A stretch of 64,000 nucleotides of DNA from Chloroflexota bacterium (GTDB lineage Bacteria > Chloroflexota > UBA11872 > UBA12225). The notes under the pieces were generated by a model. It saw only the letters and a program-made list of their open reading frames with translations, was not told the DNA's origin and did not search any database. The translations under genes were made by a program, and so were the position numbers. Below, one piece after another: positions 47,044-56,672 of the stretch; position 1 is the stretch's first letter; the number at the start of each line of letters is the position of its first letter. Location of the stretch: assembly GCA_947446285.1 (NCBI GenBank), contig CANFGH010000001.1:4730-68729 (forward strand), read 5' to 3'.

Positions 47044-48095
47044 CTGCCGTCAACGCCCGTTCCGTGGACAGTCCCACTTCTGATGGGAGCCATGCGCCGC
47101 TCATCACCCTTGAGAATGTGCGTTGGCATGTCCCGACCCCCCGCGGTTTGGTCAAGGCGGTCGATGGGGTCTCCTTGAGTGCGCGTGATGGGGAGATCGT
47201 TTGCCTGGTCGGTGAGAGCGGTTGCGGCAAGACAACGACAGGCAAGATCGCGGCCGGTCTGCTGACCCCGACGAGTGGCCGTGTCCTCTATGAAGGCCGC
47301 GATATCTCGTCGTTGCGCGGCGACGACTTCAACCGGTTCCGGCGCGGTGTCCAACTCGTCCATCAGGACCCGTACGCCTCGATCAATCCGATGCATACCG
47401 TGGGAGCGACGCTCTCCGCCCCATTGCGCCGGCACGGTTTTGCCGGGTCATCAAGCGCCGCCCGCACGCGTGCGGCCGAACTTCTTGACCTTGTTGACCT
47501 GACACCTTCGAAAGACTTCCTTGACAAGTATCCCCACCAGTTGTCGGGTGGTCAGAGGCAGCGTGTTGCGATTGCGCGTGCACTGACCGTCGAACCGCGT
47601 TTCATCGTGGCCGACGAACCGGTCTCGATGGTCGACGTCTCGATCCGCATCAGTCTCTTGAACACGATGCTTCGCCTGCAAAGGGAACTCGGGACGGGAT
47701 TCCTGTTCATCACGCATGACCTGGCCCTCGCGCGGTATTTCGCCTGGGGTGGCCGGATTGGCGTCATGTACGTGGGCCGGATGGTGGAACTCGGTCTCGC
47801 TTCCGATCTCGTTGCAAACCCGCAGCATCCGTATACCCGGGCGCTGCTTTCTGCAATCCCGGAGGCCGACCCGGAACTTACCCGCAGGAAGACGCGGGTC
47901 GAACTCCGGAGTCTCGAGATCCCCAGTCTCCTGAAGCTTCCAAGCGGTTGCACATTCCATCCGCGATGCCCACAGTTTGAGACCGGGTTGTGCGAGGTAT
48001 CGGTACCGCAATTGCGGGCCCCTGGTTCGACGGTTGCCGAACTGGATTCCTCGAATGTCCACGCGGTTGCGTGTCACGTTGTGGCGCGCGGGTAG
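47040..48095 (+). CDS. ABC ATP-binding protein, OppF/DppF-like
   Basis: GESGCGKT, YPHQLSGGQRQR, VADEPVSMVD, HPYTRAL, CTFHPRCP. Confidence 0.93.
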   Translation: MTAVNARSVDSPTSDGSHAPLITLENVRWHVPTPRGLVKAVDGVSLSARDGEIVCLVGESGCGKTTTGKIAAGLLTPTSGRVLYEGRDISSLRGDDFNRFRRGVQLVHQDPYASINPMHTVGATLSAPLRRHGFAGSSSAARTRAAELLDLVDLTPSKDFLDKYPHQLSGGQRQRVAIARALTVEPRFIVADEPVSMVDVSIRISLLNTMLRLQRELGTGFLFITHDLALARYFAWGGRIGVMYVGRMVELGLASDLVANPQHPYTRALLSAIPEADPELTRRKTRVELRSLEIPSLLKLPSGCTFHPRCPQFETGLCEVSVPQLRAPGSTVAELDSSNVHAVACHVVARG

Positions 48096-48156
48096 GTCTT
48101 CAGGCCACCAACTGTGGCACAGCCTGGTGTGTCATGCGTTCTCCTGATGGAGAGCC

Positions 48157-50013
48157 ATGACACTTGTGAGCACCTTCAGTTCTCGCACGTCACGCCTTTG
48201 GCGCGTTTTTTCTTCGGCGTTCCTGTGCGCCCTCATCGCCGGGGCGACGGCGTTGCCCGGTTGGGCACAGGAGGCACCGTCACCAACTCCTCGTCCGCTT
48301 GACAAGGGCCTGCCTCCCGCGTCGCCAATCGTCGATCAGTTGCTCCAGCGCCTCTCGCTTGAAGCCAAGGTTGGCCAGATCATGGTCGTTGCTTTCAGTG
48401 GAGATACCCCGACGAGTGAGGTCTTCGGCCTGATTGAGACCCAGCGGGTCGGTGGTGTGATCCTGTTCCAGGACAATGTTGGGCGAGGTTCCCCCGAACG
48501 GGTTCGTTCGATGACCGATGCCCTGCAGTCGCGCGCCCGTGCCCCGCAGGGTGGGCAGGGAACCGACCCCGGTGTCCCTCTTCTGATCGCGGTCGATCAG
48601 GAAGGTGGGCCGGTGGTGCGTGTTGGTGAGGCTGCCACGTTGTTCCCCGGTGCGATGGCGCTTGGTGCGTCCGCGTCGGAGTCGTTGGTGATGCGCTCGG
48701 CATCGGCCGTTGCCCGCGAGCTCCGTTCGCTCGGCATCAACGTGAACCTCGGGCCAGTTGTCGACGTGAATTCAAATCCACAAAACCCAGTCATCGGCAC
48801 CCGGAGTTTCGGTGCCGACCCGGCGATGGTCGGGAGGCTCGCCTCAGCGGCTATCCGCGGGCAGCAGCGTGCGGGAGTATTGGCAATTGCCAAGCATTGG
48901 CCAGGTCACGGGGACGCGGATGTCGATTCGCATCTGTCGTTGCCCCTGCTAGCACTCAACCGGTCACGCTTGGATACCGTCGAATCGCCACCGTTCCGCG
49001 CGGCGGTCGAGGCTGGTGTGGCAGGCATCATGACCGCTCACCTCGACGTCCCGGTTCTCACGGCGGGCGAAGGTGCGAACATGCCGGTAAGCCTTTCCCC
49101 GAAGGCGCTTGCCGAATTGCGTGCGCTTGTCGGGGAAGACCGGTTGATTGTCAGCGACGACCTTGAAATGGGCGCCATCGTCCAGCGGTTTGGTATCGCC
49201 GGGTCGGCACTGCGTGCTTTCAGCGGAGGCAGCGACCTGTTGCTCTTTCGCCGGGATGCGGTTCAGGCTCGCCGTGCCCATTCGGAAATTGTCGCTGCCA
49301 TCCGAAGCGGGTCCATCCCCATGGCACGCCTGGATGCAAGCGTGCGTCGTGTGCTCCGGGCCAAGGACGCGGTTGGATTGCTCAGCGATGTCCCCGGAGA
49401 CATGGACGTGCCCGAGGCACCGGAAATCGTTGCCAGTGATGTCGCGCAACAGGCCGTCACGCTGATCCAGGATGGACAGGTACTGCCGCTGCGATCGGAT
49501 GACCACCCGCGAATCTGTGTGGTCCAACCTCGTTTGCGTGAGATTGCCGGTCAGGAGATTGTCGTTCCCGTACCAGGCCCCGCCACCCTTGCCGATGCGG
49601 TCCGCGCCATCCATCCCGGCATCCAGGTGGTTGAGGTGGGCCTGGATCCGCCCCGCCCCGAACGGTTGGCGGCCTCCGACTGCGCCCGGGCAGCTGGACT
49701 GGTGATCGTTGGCACCTACGACGCGGGAATGTTCGCGTCCCAGCCAATCCTGCTCGACGCCCTCCGCCTCGCTGACGTCCCGATCATCGTGGTTGCCTTG
49801 AGGCTTCCCTACGATTTCTCGGTCGCCGGCGTGATCGACGCATTCGTCACCGGATATTCGATGAGACCGGCATCGCTGCAAGCGGTTGCTCGGACAATCT
49901 TCGGGGTGTCGGGTGCTGCACCCACAGGACGGCTTCCAGTCCCGTTGGGAAAGGCCTACCCGGTGGGATACCAGTACCCGACCCTAGACGCTTGGCTCTT
50001 CCCGCAGCCGTAG
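48157..50013 (+). CDS. nagZ: Secreted GH3 glycoside hydrolase, beta-N-acetylhexosaminidase-like, two-domain
   Basis: IAVDQEGG, PVVDVN, RSFG, AKHWPGHG, IMTAH, VSDDLEMGAI; N-terminal signal peptide. Confidence 0.85.
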   Translation: MTLVSTFSSRTSRLWRVFSSAFLCALIAGATALPGWAQEAPSPTPRPLDKGLPPASPIVDQLLQRLSLEAKVGQIMVVAFSGDTPTSEVFGLIETQRVGGVILFQDNVGRGSPERVRSMTDALQSRARAPQGGQGTDPGVPLLIAVDQEGGPVVRVGEAATLFPGAMALGASASESLVMRSASAVARELRSLGINVNLGPVVDVNSNPQNPVIGTRSFGADPAMVGRLASAAIRGQQRAGVLAIAKHWPGHGDADVDSHLSLPLLALNRSRLDTVESPPFRAAVEAGVAGIMTAHLDVPVLTAGEGANMPVSLSPKALAELRALVGEDRLIVSDDLEMGAIVQRFGIAGSALRAFSGGSDLLLFRRDAVQARRAHSEIVAAIRSGSIPMARLDASVRRVLRAKDAVGLLSDVPGDMDVPEAPEIVASDVAQQAVTLIQDGQVLPLRSDDHPRICVVQPRLREIAGQEIVVPVPGPATLADAVRAIHPGIQVVEVGLDPPRPERLAASDCARAAGLVIVGTYDAGMFASQPILLDALRLADVPIIVVALRLPYDFSVAGVIDAFVTGYSMRPASLQAVARTIFGVSGAAPTGRLPVPLGKAYPVGYQYPTLDAWLFPQP

Positions 50014-50051
50014 AAGGCAAGACAGAGGGTTACGATGTCGTCACATCCCTG

Positions 50052-50090
50052 ATCACGGGTGCCCAGCGACCTCATCGGGGCACCCGTGAT
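50052..50090. terminator. Hairpin between convergent GH3 and foldase genes
   Basis: ATCACGGGTGCCC/GGGCACCCGTGAT 13-bp arms. Confidence 0.65.
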
Positions 50091-50094
50091 GTGG

Positions 50095-51519
50095 TCAAGA
50101 CTTCAGTGCGGCCGGGTTCAGCGGTGTCGCGTGTTTGACGACCCAGTTCCGCATCGTCTCGGTCATCAACCGCTCGGGCTTCTTGGTGTCGCGCTCGACG
50201 GCGATCCACTTCGTGAACGCCTCTTCCTTCACCCGCTGGTACTGGCTTTCCTCAAGGGGTTTGGTCACGTCCTTCTCATCCACCCGTATGACATGTACCC
50301 CGAACTGGGTCTTGACGGGTTCACTGATTTGGCCGACTGGGAGTGAGAAGGCCGCGTCTTCGAATGGCGTCACCATCGTGCCACGCCCGAACCAACCGAG
50401 ATCCCCACCCTTGTCCTTGTTGCTCCCGTCGGTGGAGAGTTCAGCCGCGAGGGCATCGAACTCCTCGCCTGCCTTGAGGCGGTCTACGACCTTCCGCGCT
50501 GCATCCTCGTCACCGACTAGGATGTGCCTGGCTTTCACTTGCTCACCAGTCTTGGGGGCCTCGTCGCCGAATGCCTCGGAGAGTTTGCGCTTGAGGATCG
50601 TGAGTTCGGCATCTTCGCGGACCATCTCGTAGGTCGATCCGGCGAACTTTGCGTAATCACGGATTGCCTGTTCAAGCGTGGTTGGCTTGCGGGTCCGGAC
50701 GGTGGGGGTCGGACGCGGGGTCCGGATGACGGTCGGCGTGGACGCCGTGGACCCCGGGGACGTCGGGGACGGGGTTCCTGCACCCACCGTTGGTGTTTCG
50801 ACTGTCGTTGGTGTTGGCGTGCCCGATGGATCTTCGAAACCGGTGATGGTCTTGAGTTCCTTGTCCACATCCTCAGACGTGATCGCGATGGTGCGTCGGG
50901 CGGCCTCGGCCCGGAGGATTGGCCGGTCGATGAACTCGTCGGTCAAGGACGTGCTGAGGGAATTCAGTTCGCCCTGGAGTTGGGAGGCTCGCTGACGCCA
51001 CATCTCCTGCATGCTGTACGCCTGCGATGCCGCGCTGTCGCCCGGCACGGGCGTTGGCATGGTCGCACTGCCGCCGTTTGCTTCCGCCTGCTGAAGGTTT
51101 GCCATCAGGATGTTCTGCCGGTAACTGAACCATGCCCGGTAGTCGTCAAGGGTGATCGTCTTGCCATCGACCTTGAGGCTTGCCTGCTGCCCGTAGAGAA
51201 CCTGGTCCCAGAGGACGGCGCCACCAACGGTTGCGACCGAAATGAGTGCGACCACTCCCAGGACGACGGCCGCAATCCGGGACTGGACCTGTTCGCGGAC
51301 CGCCGCAGGTGCACGTTCGGGATCCTGTGGTGAGAACCAGTTCAGGATGCGCGCGCCAAATCCCTTGGACGGGGTAGCAGGCGCGGCCCGCTTGCCGGCT
51401 GGCGAAGGTGCCGAACGTCCGGTCGGCGTTGCGCCAACGGATCGTGGTACCGGCTTCTTCATGGGTGTGCGTGTACGCGTGGGTGTCGGTTCGGCGGGAC
51501 CATCGGTCATGGTGTTCAA
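50095..51519 (-). CDS. prsA: Membrane-anchored PrsA/SurA-like parvulin peptidyl-prolyl isomerase
   Basis: Single N-terminal TM, Thr/Pro linker, ARHILV...KGGDLGWFGRGTMVTPFEDAAFSLPVGQISEPVKTQFGVHVI. Confidence 0.8.
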   Translation of the reverse strand: MNTMTDGPAEPTPTRTRTPMKKPVPRSVGATPTGRSAPSPAGKRAAPATPSKGFGARILNWFSPQDPERAPAAVREQVQSRIAAVVLGVVALISVATVGGAVLWDQVLYGQQASLKVDGKTITLDDYRAWFSYRQNILMANLQQAEANGGSATMPTPVPGDSAASQAYSMQEMWRQRASQLQGELNSLSTSLTDEFIDRPILRAEAARRTIAITSEDVDKELKTITGFEDPSGTPTPTTVETPTVGAGTPSPTSPGSTASTPTVIRTPRPTPTVRTRKPTTLEQAIRDYAKFAGSTYEMVREDAELTILKRKLSEAFGDEAPKTGEQVKARHILVGDEDAARKVVDRLKAGEEFDALAAELSTDGSNKDKGGDLGWFGRGTMVTPFEDAAFSLPVGQISEPVKTQFGVHVIRVDEKDVTKPLEESQYQRVKEEAFTKWIAVERDTKKPERLMTETMRNWVVKHATPLNPAALKS

Positions 51520-51618
51520 CAGTTCATCGGTGCTTCACAAATGGCAACGCACAGGTGAACGCGATGGATGCGCCCGAACGTCCTGCTGATGTCGCGGGGT
51601 GGTGAACCAGTGCCGTGA

Positions 51619-51647
51619 TCGCCGGTGACACCGCGTGTCACCGGCGA
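51619..51647 (-). terminator. Perfect 13-bp hairpin downstream of rpsR
   Basis: TCGCCGGTGACAC-CGC-GTGTCACCGGCGA. Confidence 0.7.
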
Positions 51648-51661
51648 AAGAGTGGCCTGGA

Positions 51662-52093
51662 TTACGCGCTTCGTTCGCTGTTGCGCAGATGCACCCCGGT
51701 GTAGGGAAGCAGTGCGAGGAAACGTGCGCGCTTGAGGGCGGTGGAAAGGCGTCGCTGGTGCTTGGCGCAGACGCCGGTCTTGCGGCGGGGTTCGATCTTG
51801 GCACGGTCCGAAAGGAAGCGGCGCAGACGCGATGCGTCCTTATAGTCGATGACGCGCGACTTGTCCACGCAGAAGGCGCAAACCTTGCGGCGCGACCGGA
51901 AGTCACGTCCGCCCCCGCGGCCTTCACCGCGACCCTCGCCCCGGCCTTCACCGCGACCCTCACCCCGCCCTTCACGGCGGAACGTGCGCTCCGGGCGGCC
52001 GGATGAAGAACCGGTTGCGACGGCTACGGAACTCTCAGCGGCTGCCGGTGTGCTTTCAACCGCCTCGGCAGGATGTTCAAATGTCTCGGCCAC
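51662..52093 (-). CDS. rpsR: 30S ribosomal protein S18 (Zn-binding form) with long N-terminal extension
   Basis: KVCAFC...IDYKD...[25 protein letters not shown]...[11 protein letters not shown]. Confidence 0.97.
   Translation of the reverse strand: MAETFEHPAEAVESTPAAAESSVAVATGSSSGRPERTFRREGRGEGRGEGRGEGRGEGRGGGRDFRSRRKVCAFCVDKSRVIDYKDASRLRRFLSDRAKIEPRRKTGVCAKHQRRLSTALKRARFLALLPYTGVHLRNSERSA
51917..51973 (-). repeat. In-frame 12-nt tandem repeat encoding EGR(GEGR)4 in rpsR
   Basis: Read directly: gaa ggg cgg ggt gag ggt cgc ggt gaa ggc cgg ggc gag ggt cgc ggt gaa ggc cgc. Confidence 0.9.
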
Positions 52094-52170
52094 TCTGGCT
52101 CTCCAATATCAGTGTTCGGGGGTCATCCCGCAATCCCCGGAGGGAGCGGCATGAGAATGTCCCCAGGTTT

Positions 52171-52725
52171 TCAAAAGGGGGCGTCGTCAAGGTCCAGGTG
52201 CTGATCCGGATCGTCGGCAGGTCCGCGGCTCGGTGGAGGCACGACGCGCAGACGTGCACCGCCATCGCCACTGCGCGCCGGTTCCGACGGCCGGGTCGAC
52301 CGTGGTGCTTGGGCTGGTCGACGTGCACCGCGGTCCTCGCCATCGAACTCGTCACCATCCGGTGCGCGTCCGGCACCTCCGTCGGTGCGTGGATCAAGGA
52401 TGTTCATCTCATCAGCGATGACTTCGGTCCGGTACATCTTCTTGCCGGTTTCGCGGTCGTCCCAGGAACGAGTCTCGAGCCGACCTTCGATATATACGAG
52501 ACGCCCCTTCGTGAGGAACTCCTTGCATGTTTCGGCAAGGCGGCGCCAAGCGACGATGTTGTGCCACTCAGTGACCTCCCGTCGCTCGTTGGTTGACTGG
52601 TCAAGCCACGAACGACTGGTCGCCACCGAAAAATTGGCCACGGCTTCGCCACCTGGAGTGAACTTCATTTCCGGGTCGCGTCCGACACGACCGATAATCA
52701 TGACCTTGTTCAACGAACGGGCCAT
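52171..52725 (-). CDS. ssb: Single-stranded DNA-binding protein
   Basis: LNKVMIIGRVGRDPE, TEWHNIVAW, KGRLVYIEGRLETRSW, acidic tail DLDDAPF. Confidence 0.97.
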   Translation of the reverse strand: MARSLNKVMIIGRVGRDPEMKFTPGGEAVANFSVATSRSWLDQSTNERREVTEWHNIVAWRRLAETCKEFLTKGRLVYIEGRLETRSWDDRETGKKMYRTEVIADEMNILDPRTDGGAGRAPDGDEFDGEDRGARRPAQAPRSTRPSEPARSGDGGARLRVVPPPSRGPADDPDQHLDLDDAPF

Positions 52726-52899
52726 TGCACCCTCCCGCACATGTTCACGGTGACCATTCACCGTCGATGCACGCACTCGATTCGGAAAGCCAACGACATC
52801 TCACCACGAGGGTCGATGCCAGGGAGAAGTCAGCAACGGTGCTCACCGTCCTTTGACCACTTGACCAGGAGACCGGCCGATCGTGCGTGCCGACATCGG

Positions 52900-53196
52900 T
52901 CAGGCGTCACCCAGACGAACCACGAGATGACGGAGCAATCCGTCGATAATCCGCCAGTTGTTCTCGATCAACTTGATGGCGGGCGCATCTGCGACGAAGT
53001 GGCAGATCACGTAGTGCCCGTCGCGTGAATGGTTGATCGGGTAGAACATCCGCCGACGCCCCCAGGTATCCACCCGGGAAACTTCGCCACCGCGCACCGC
53101 GATCTGGTTGAGGACACGTTCCTGAACGGTTCCCAACTCTTCCTCAGTCACATTCGGATTGAGGATCAGTATTGCCTCGTACTGGCGTTTCGCCAA
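52900..53196 (-). CDS. rpsF: 30S ribosomal protein S6
   Basis: YEAILILNP, WGRRRMFYPI, GHY, LLRHLVVR; canonical rpsF-ssb-rpsR order. Confidence 0.95.
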   Translation of the reverse strand: MAKRQYEAILILNPNVTEEELGTVQERVLNQIAVRGGEVSRVDTWGRRRMFYPINHSRDGHYVICHFVADAPAIKLIENNWRIIDGLLRHLVVRLGDA

Positions 53197-53351
53197 AGTC
53201 CTGACTCCTTCCCATGGGCATGCCTTGACACGTTCGTGCCAGGCAGGAAGCTCGTGACCGGTAGCGGTTGCCCAACTGGCCGGTGCCGCGCCCGACGCTG
53301 AGGCCGGGCAAAATCGGTCACGGATCTGCGCGCCATGCGCCCAGATGGGTC

Positions 53352-53380
53352 AGTATAGCAGGTAGACCGAATGTTCTACC
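53352..53380 (-). promoter_or_regulatory. Extended -10 promoter of rpsF-ssb-rpsR with overlapping SOS-like palindrome
   Basis: Minus strand GGTAGAAC-ATTC-GGTCTACC (one mismatch to GAAC-N4-GTTC) immediately followed by TGCTATACT. Confidence 0.5.
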
Positions 53381-53426
53381 GTAGCGGTTCGGACGGCGTG
53401 CAACGGCGCGTCGACGCGATGGACGA

Positions 53427-54791
53427 CTAGAAGATCTCGAGGTACCGGTCGATTTCCCAGGAACTGATCCGGGTCCGGTATTCCTCCCATTCCTGCCGTT
53501 TGGCCTCGACGAATCGCTCGAAGACGTGTGGGCCGAGTGTTTCCCGGACGAGCTCATCGCGTTCGAGTTCGTCAAGTGCCTCGCGGAGGTTCTCCGGAAG
53601 GGTCTGGACATGGTGACGGGCAAGCATCTGCGCATCGAACTCGTACAGGTTCTCCTCGACTGGCGGGGGCACCTGCATTTGGTCGCGGACCCCTTCCAGA
53701 CCTGCCCGCAGCATGACCGCGAACGCCAGGTAAGGATTGCAACTCGGGTCCGGACAGCGCAGTTCGATCCGGGCACTCTGGGGCTTGCCTGCCGAGATCT
53801 TCGGGATGCGGATCAGCGCCGATCGGTTCACCCGTGCCCAACTGATGTAAACCGGTGCCTCATACCCCGGGACGAGCCGCTTGTAGGAGTTCACGAGGGG
53901 CGACAGGATGGCCGACATCCCTCGCGCGTGATGCAGGACGCCGGCGGTGAAGTGTTTCGCCAATGGCGAGAGGCCATATTCGTCGGAGGCATCCGCAAAC
54001 AGGTTCTTCCCCGTGGCCAGGTCGGCAAGGCTCATGTGAGTGTGCATGCCCGACCCGTTCATGCCGTAGAAGGGTTTGGGCATGAAGGTGGCATGCAACC
54101 CGAAGCGTCGCGCGACGGCCTTGAGTGCGTACCGGAACGTGACGGCATTGTCGGCGGTGCGAAGGGCGTCGTCGTACTGGAAGTCGATCTCATGCTGTCC
54201 GGTTGCCACCTCATGGTGGCTCGTCTCGACGGTGATCCCAAGGGCTTCAAGGGCGTTCACCATCTCCTTGCGGACCTGGCTGGCGAGGTCGGTCGAGAGG
54301 TCGAAGTACCCTCCCTCGTCATGGGGTGTCAGGCTGACCGTGCCGTCGGTGTTCAGGCGGAGGAGGAAGAACTCCAGTTCCGGCCCGGTGTTGAACCGGA
54401 ACCCAAGCCGTTCGGCTTCACGCACCGCCCGGCGCAGGACATGCCGCGGGTCACCCGGGAACGGTTCCCCTTCGGGCGTGAAGACATCGCAGATCACCTT
54501 GCCGGTCGTGTCTGCACCCCGTTCCCATGGGATCAGGGCAAATGTGGTCAGGTCCGGGTCGAGGTACATGTCACTTTCGGCCACCCGGGCAAAACCCTCG
54601 ATGGACGACCCGTCGAACCACTTTCCGTGGTCGATTGCATCTCCGAACTGATGGGCGGGAATGGTGACGCTCTTCACGAGACCGACCACGTCGGTGAACT
54701 GGAGGTTTATGAACCGGACGTGTTCGTCGCGGACACGTTGCAGGATGCGCTCCCTCAGGGCGGCGCGGTCGGCGGTGGTTTCGGATGCCAT
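53427..54791 (-). CDS. glnA: Glutamine synthetase type I (GSI-alpha-like)
   Basis: FDGSSIEGF, ESDMYL, GPELEFF, HHEVATGQHEI, FMPKP, NGSGMHTH, NSYKRLVPGYEAP, NRSALIR, RIELRCPDPSCNPY. Confidence 0.95.
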   Translation of the reverse strand: MASETTADRAALRERILQRVRDEHVRFINLQFTDVVGLVKSVTIPAHQFGDAIDHGKWFDGSSIEGFARVAESDMYLDPDLTTFALIPWERGADTTGKVICDVFTPEGEPFPGDPRHVLRRAVREAERLGFRFNTGPELEFFLLRLNTDGTVSLTPHDEGGYFDLSTDLASQVRKEMVNALEALGITVETSHHEVATGQHEIDFQYDDALRTADNAVTFRYALKAVARRFGLHATFMPKPFYGMNGSGMHTHMSLADLATGKNLFADASDEYGLSPLAKHFTAGVLHHARGMSAILSPLVNSYKRLVPGYEAPVYISWARVNRSALIRIPKISAGKPQSARIELRCPDPSCNPYLAFAVMLRAGLEGVRDQMQVPPPVEENLYEFDAQMLARHHVQTLPENLREALDELERDELVRETLGPHVFERFVEAKRQEWEEYRTRISSWEIDRYLEIF

Positions 54792-54821
54792 CACTATCGA
54801 TCTCCGTCCAGTGTGGAACGA

Positions 54822-56672
54822 CTACAGCGGGATGAGCAGGCGACGAGCCTTGAGCGCGACCTGGAGGGCCAGGCGCGTCTCCGGATCCTCAAGATCGATC
54901 GCGCCGACCTCCTGAATCCGCCCGATCCGGTACAGCAATGAGTTCCGGTGAAGTTGCAAGCGCACTGCCGTCTGGCTCAGATTGCCATGACACGCAAAGA
55001 ATGCCTCAAGTGTCGCCACAAGGTTCTGGCTTGTCCGGCGGTCGTACTCGATCAGTGCCCCGAGGGACTGGTCACAGAATTGGCGCAATTCTGGCGCATC
55101 ACGCAGTGCATAAAGGACCCGGTCCAGGCGCAAGTCCGCATACGGCGTGAGGTGCCCCGGTCCGTGAACACGCCTGCCGATCCGCCATGCCTCCCGCGCT
55201 TCGCGGATTGCATCTGGCAAGCGGCCAAGTGGCGAATGTGGTTGACTGAGACCCGCCCCGGTGGTGGTCTGTCCAAGCCGGGTCGCGGCGGCCTCGAGGA
55301 TCACCTTTGCGATGGTTCGCAAGGACGTATCGATCGCGCTTGCGTCGTGCGCGACCCCGCCGACCCCGGTCGTACCCGCGGCTACCTCGCAGATGACAAT
55401 GACTTCGGTGGCTCCGGTGCGACACAGGGCTGGAATGCCACGGTCGCGGAGCATCCGGTGCAGGGTGGCGGTCAGGTTTGTGGCTTCGGCCGGCGTGACA
55501 TCGGTGTCGAACCCGATCACGACCACCCCGAACGACCCGGTCGGCGACAGGCCGGCGCGCATCGCCGGTCGTGCGGTCAATTCAGGGTCACCGGCCGCCC
55601 GCAAGAGCTCGTCCACCAGATCGCCTTGCACGCGCTGTTCGGCGGCCAGGACGGCGTCTTCCTTGGAAAGTTCCAGGGCGCAGATCGCCGCCGTCCGGCT
55701 GATTGCAAGCAGGTCGAAATCGCTGAGGCGAGACATTTGCCCGCAGAAACTCACGTAACCGCGCAGGCGCTCACCAGTGAATACCGGGGCAACCACGCGG
55801 TGTCGTGACCACCGTGATGCCGTGATGGGCGTGGAAGGCGGGGTGGTGCTGTTGACAGTCTGGGTGCGTACCCATGCCACCAGGTGTCCACGTTCCTCGA
55901 CTGACGTGAGGGTGGCTGGTAGGTCTGATGCCACCTCGCCGGTTGGCACGCCGGTTCCGCGAACGGTGAATGTCTCGTCTTCAAGGACCGCAATGTGCCC
56001 CGTTGCCGCCGCCGCCTTGGACAGGATCGCCCCGACGCCCTGCCCTTCGACCGCAAGCGCCGCGAGTTCCCGGTACAAGGCACTGGCGCGGGTCTGCATC
56101 TCGCTGCGTCGGTCGAGGACGAGGGAGATGACTGACCGGTCGGCATCGACGAACGAGAACCCTTCGGGCGTTTCGATGAGTGGGAGGCCAAGCCGGTCCG
56201 AGGTTGCCACCGCGTCTGCCCGTGCCGGTGCGGGGATCACGAGGCCAACGGCCCCGGCGCTCGCCAGGCCTTCCAGGATGCGTGGGATGGTCAGGGCGCG
56301 GTCCGCCTGGTAGAGGCTTTCCAATATGGCGCCGGGCGCGAGAACGAGTTCCCCTCCACCGCGGGGTTCGAACGCCGGTGCACGTCCCCGCAGTGTGGTC
56401 GCCCAGTTCACGCGGCGGTTTGCGCCATCCGCACCGGCGACAATCCGTGCGCCGGTCAGCACAACCCGCACGGCGACCGCGACGGTCACGGTATCGCCGA
56501 CCGACCCCTCGTCGCCCGTAGCCGGTTCTATCTCGACTTGCGTCACCACTCTAGCCCGGTTCGCACGCGTCGTTGCTACCGGTTCGCGCGGGGCATCGTC
56601 GTCGCCGGCGGCGGGTCCTGTAGCCCGTGATCGGACTGGGCGGTTCAGGTCAGTTGTCCCAACCATCGTCAT
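54822..56672 (-). CDS. PucR/CdaR-family transcriptional regulator
   Basis: N-terminal PucR sensor (ARIVAGADGANRRVNW...GGELVL), GAF-like and GGDEF-like middle, C-terminal HTH GNLSQTAVRLQLHRNSLLYRI. True start may be GTG 56489. Confidence 0.88.
   Translation of the reverse strand: MTMVGTTDLNRPVRSRATGPAAGDDDAPREPVATTRANRARVVTQVEIEPATGDEGSVGDTVTVAVAVRVVLTGARIVAGADGANRRVNWATTLRGRAPAFEPRGGGELVLAPGAILESLYQADRALTIPRILEGLASAGAVGLVIPAPARADAVATSDRLGLPLIETPEGFSFVDADRSVISLVLDRRSEMQTRASALYRELAALAVEGQGVGAILSKAAAATGHIAVLEDETFTVRGTGVPTGEVASDLPATLTSVEERGHLVAWVRTQTVNSTTPPSTPITASRWSRHRVVAPVFTGERLRGYVSFCGQMSRLSDFDLLAISRTAAICALELSKEDAVLAAEQRVQGDLVDELLRAAGDPELTARPAMRAGLSPTGSFGVVVIGFDTDVTPAEATNLTATLHRMLRDRGIPALCRTGATEVIVICEVAAGTTGVGGVAHDASAIDTSLRTIAKVILEAAATRLGQTTTGAGLSQPHSPLGRLPDAIREAREAWRIGRRVHGPGHLTPYADLRLDRVLYALRDAPELRQFCDQSLGALIEYDRRTSQNLVATLEAFFACHGNLSQTAVRLQLHRNSLLYRIGRIQEVGAIDLEDPETRLALQVALKARRLLIPL

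Noticed and set aside
52726-52790. GAACATGTG upstream of ssb and GAACCAGGTTG upstream of mutY (about 58060) as SOS boxes
   Set aside because: Wrong spacer length and mismatched second half-site.
53197-53340. S6:S18-binding leader RNA upstream of rpsF
   Set aside because: Plausible by position, but I could not identify the conserved structure by eye; needs an Rfam search.
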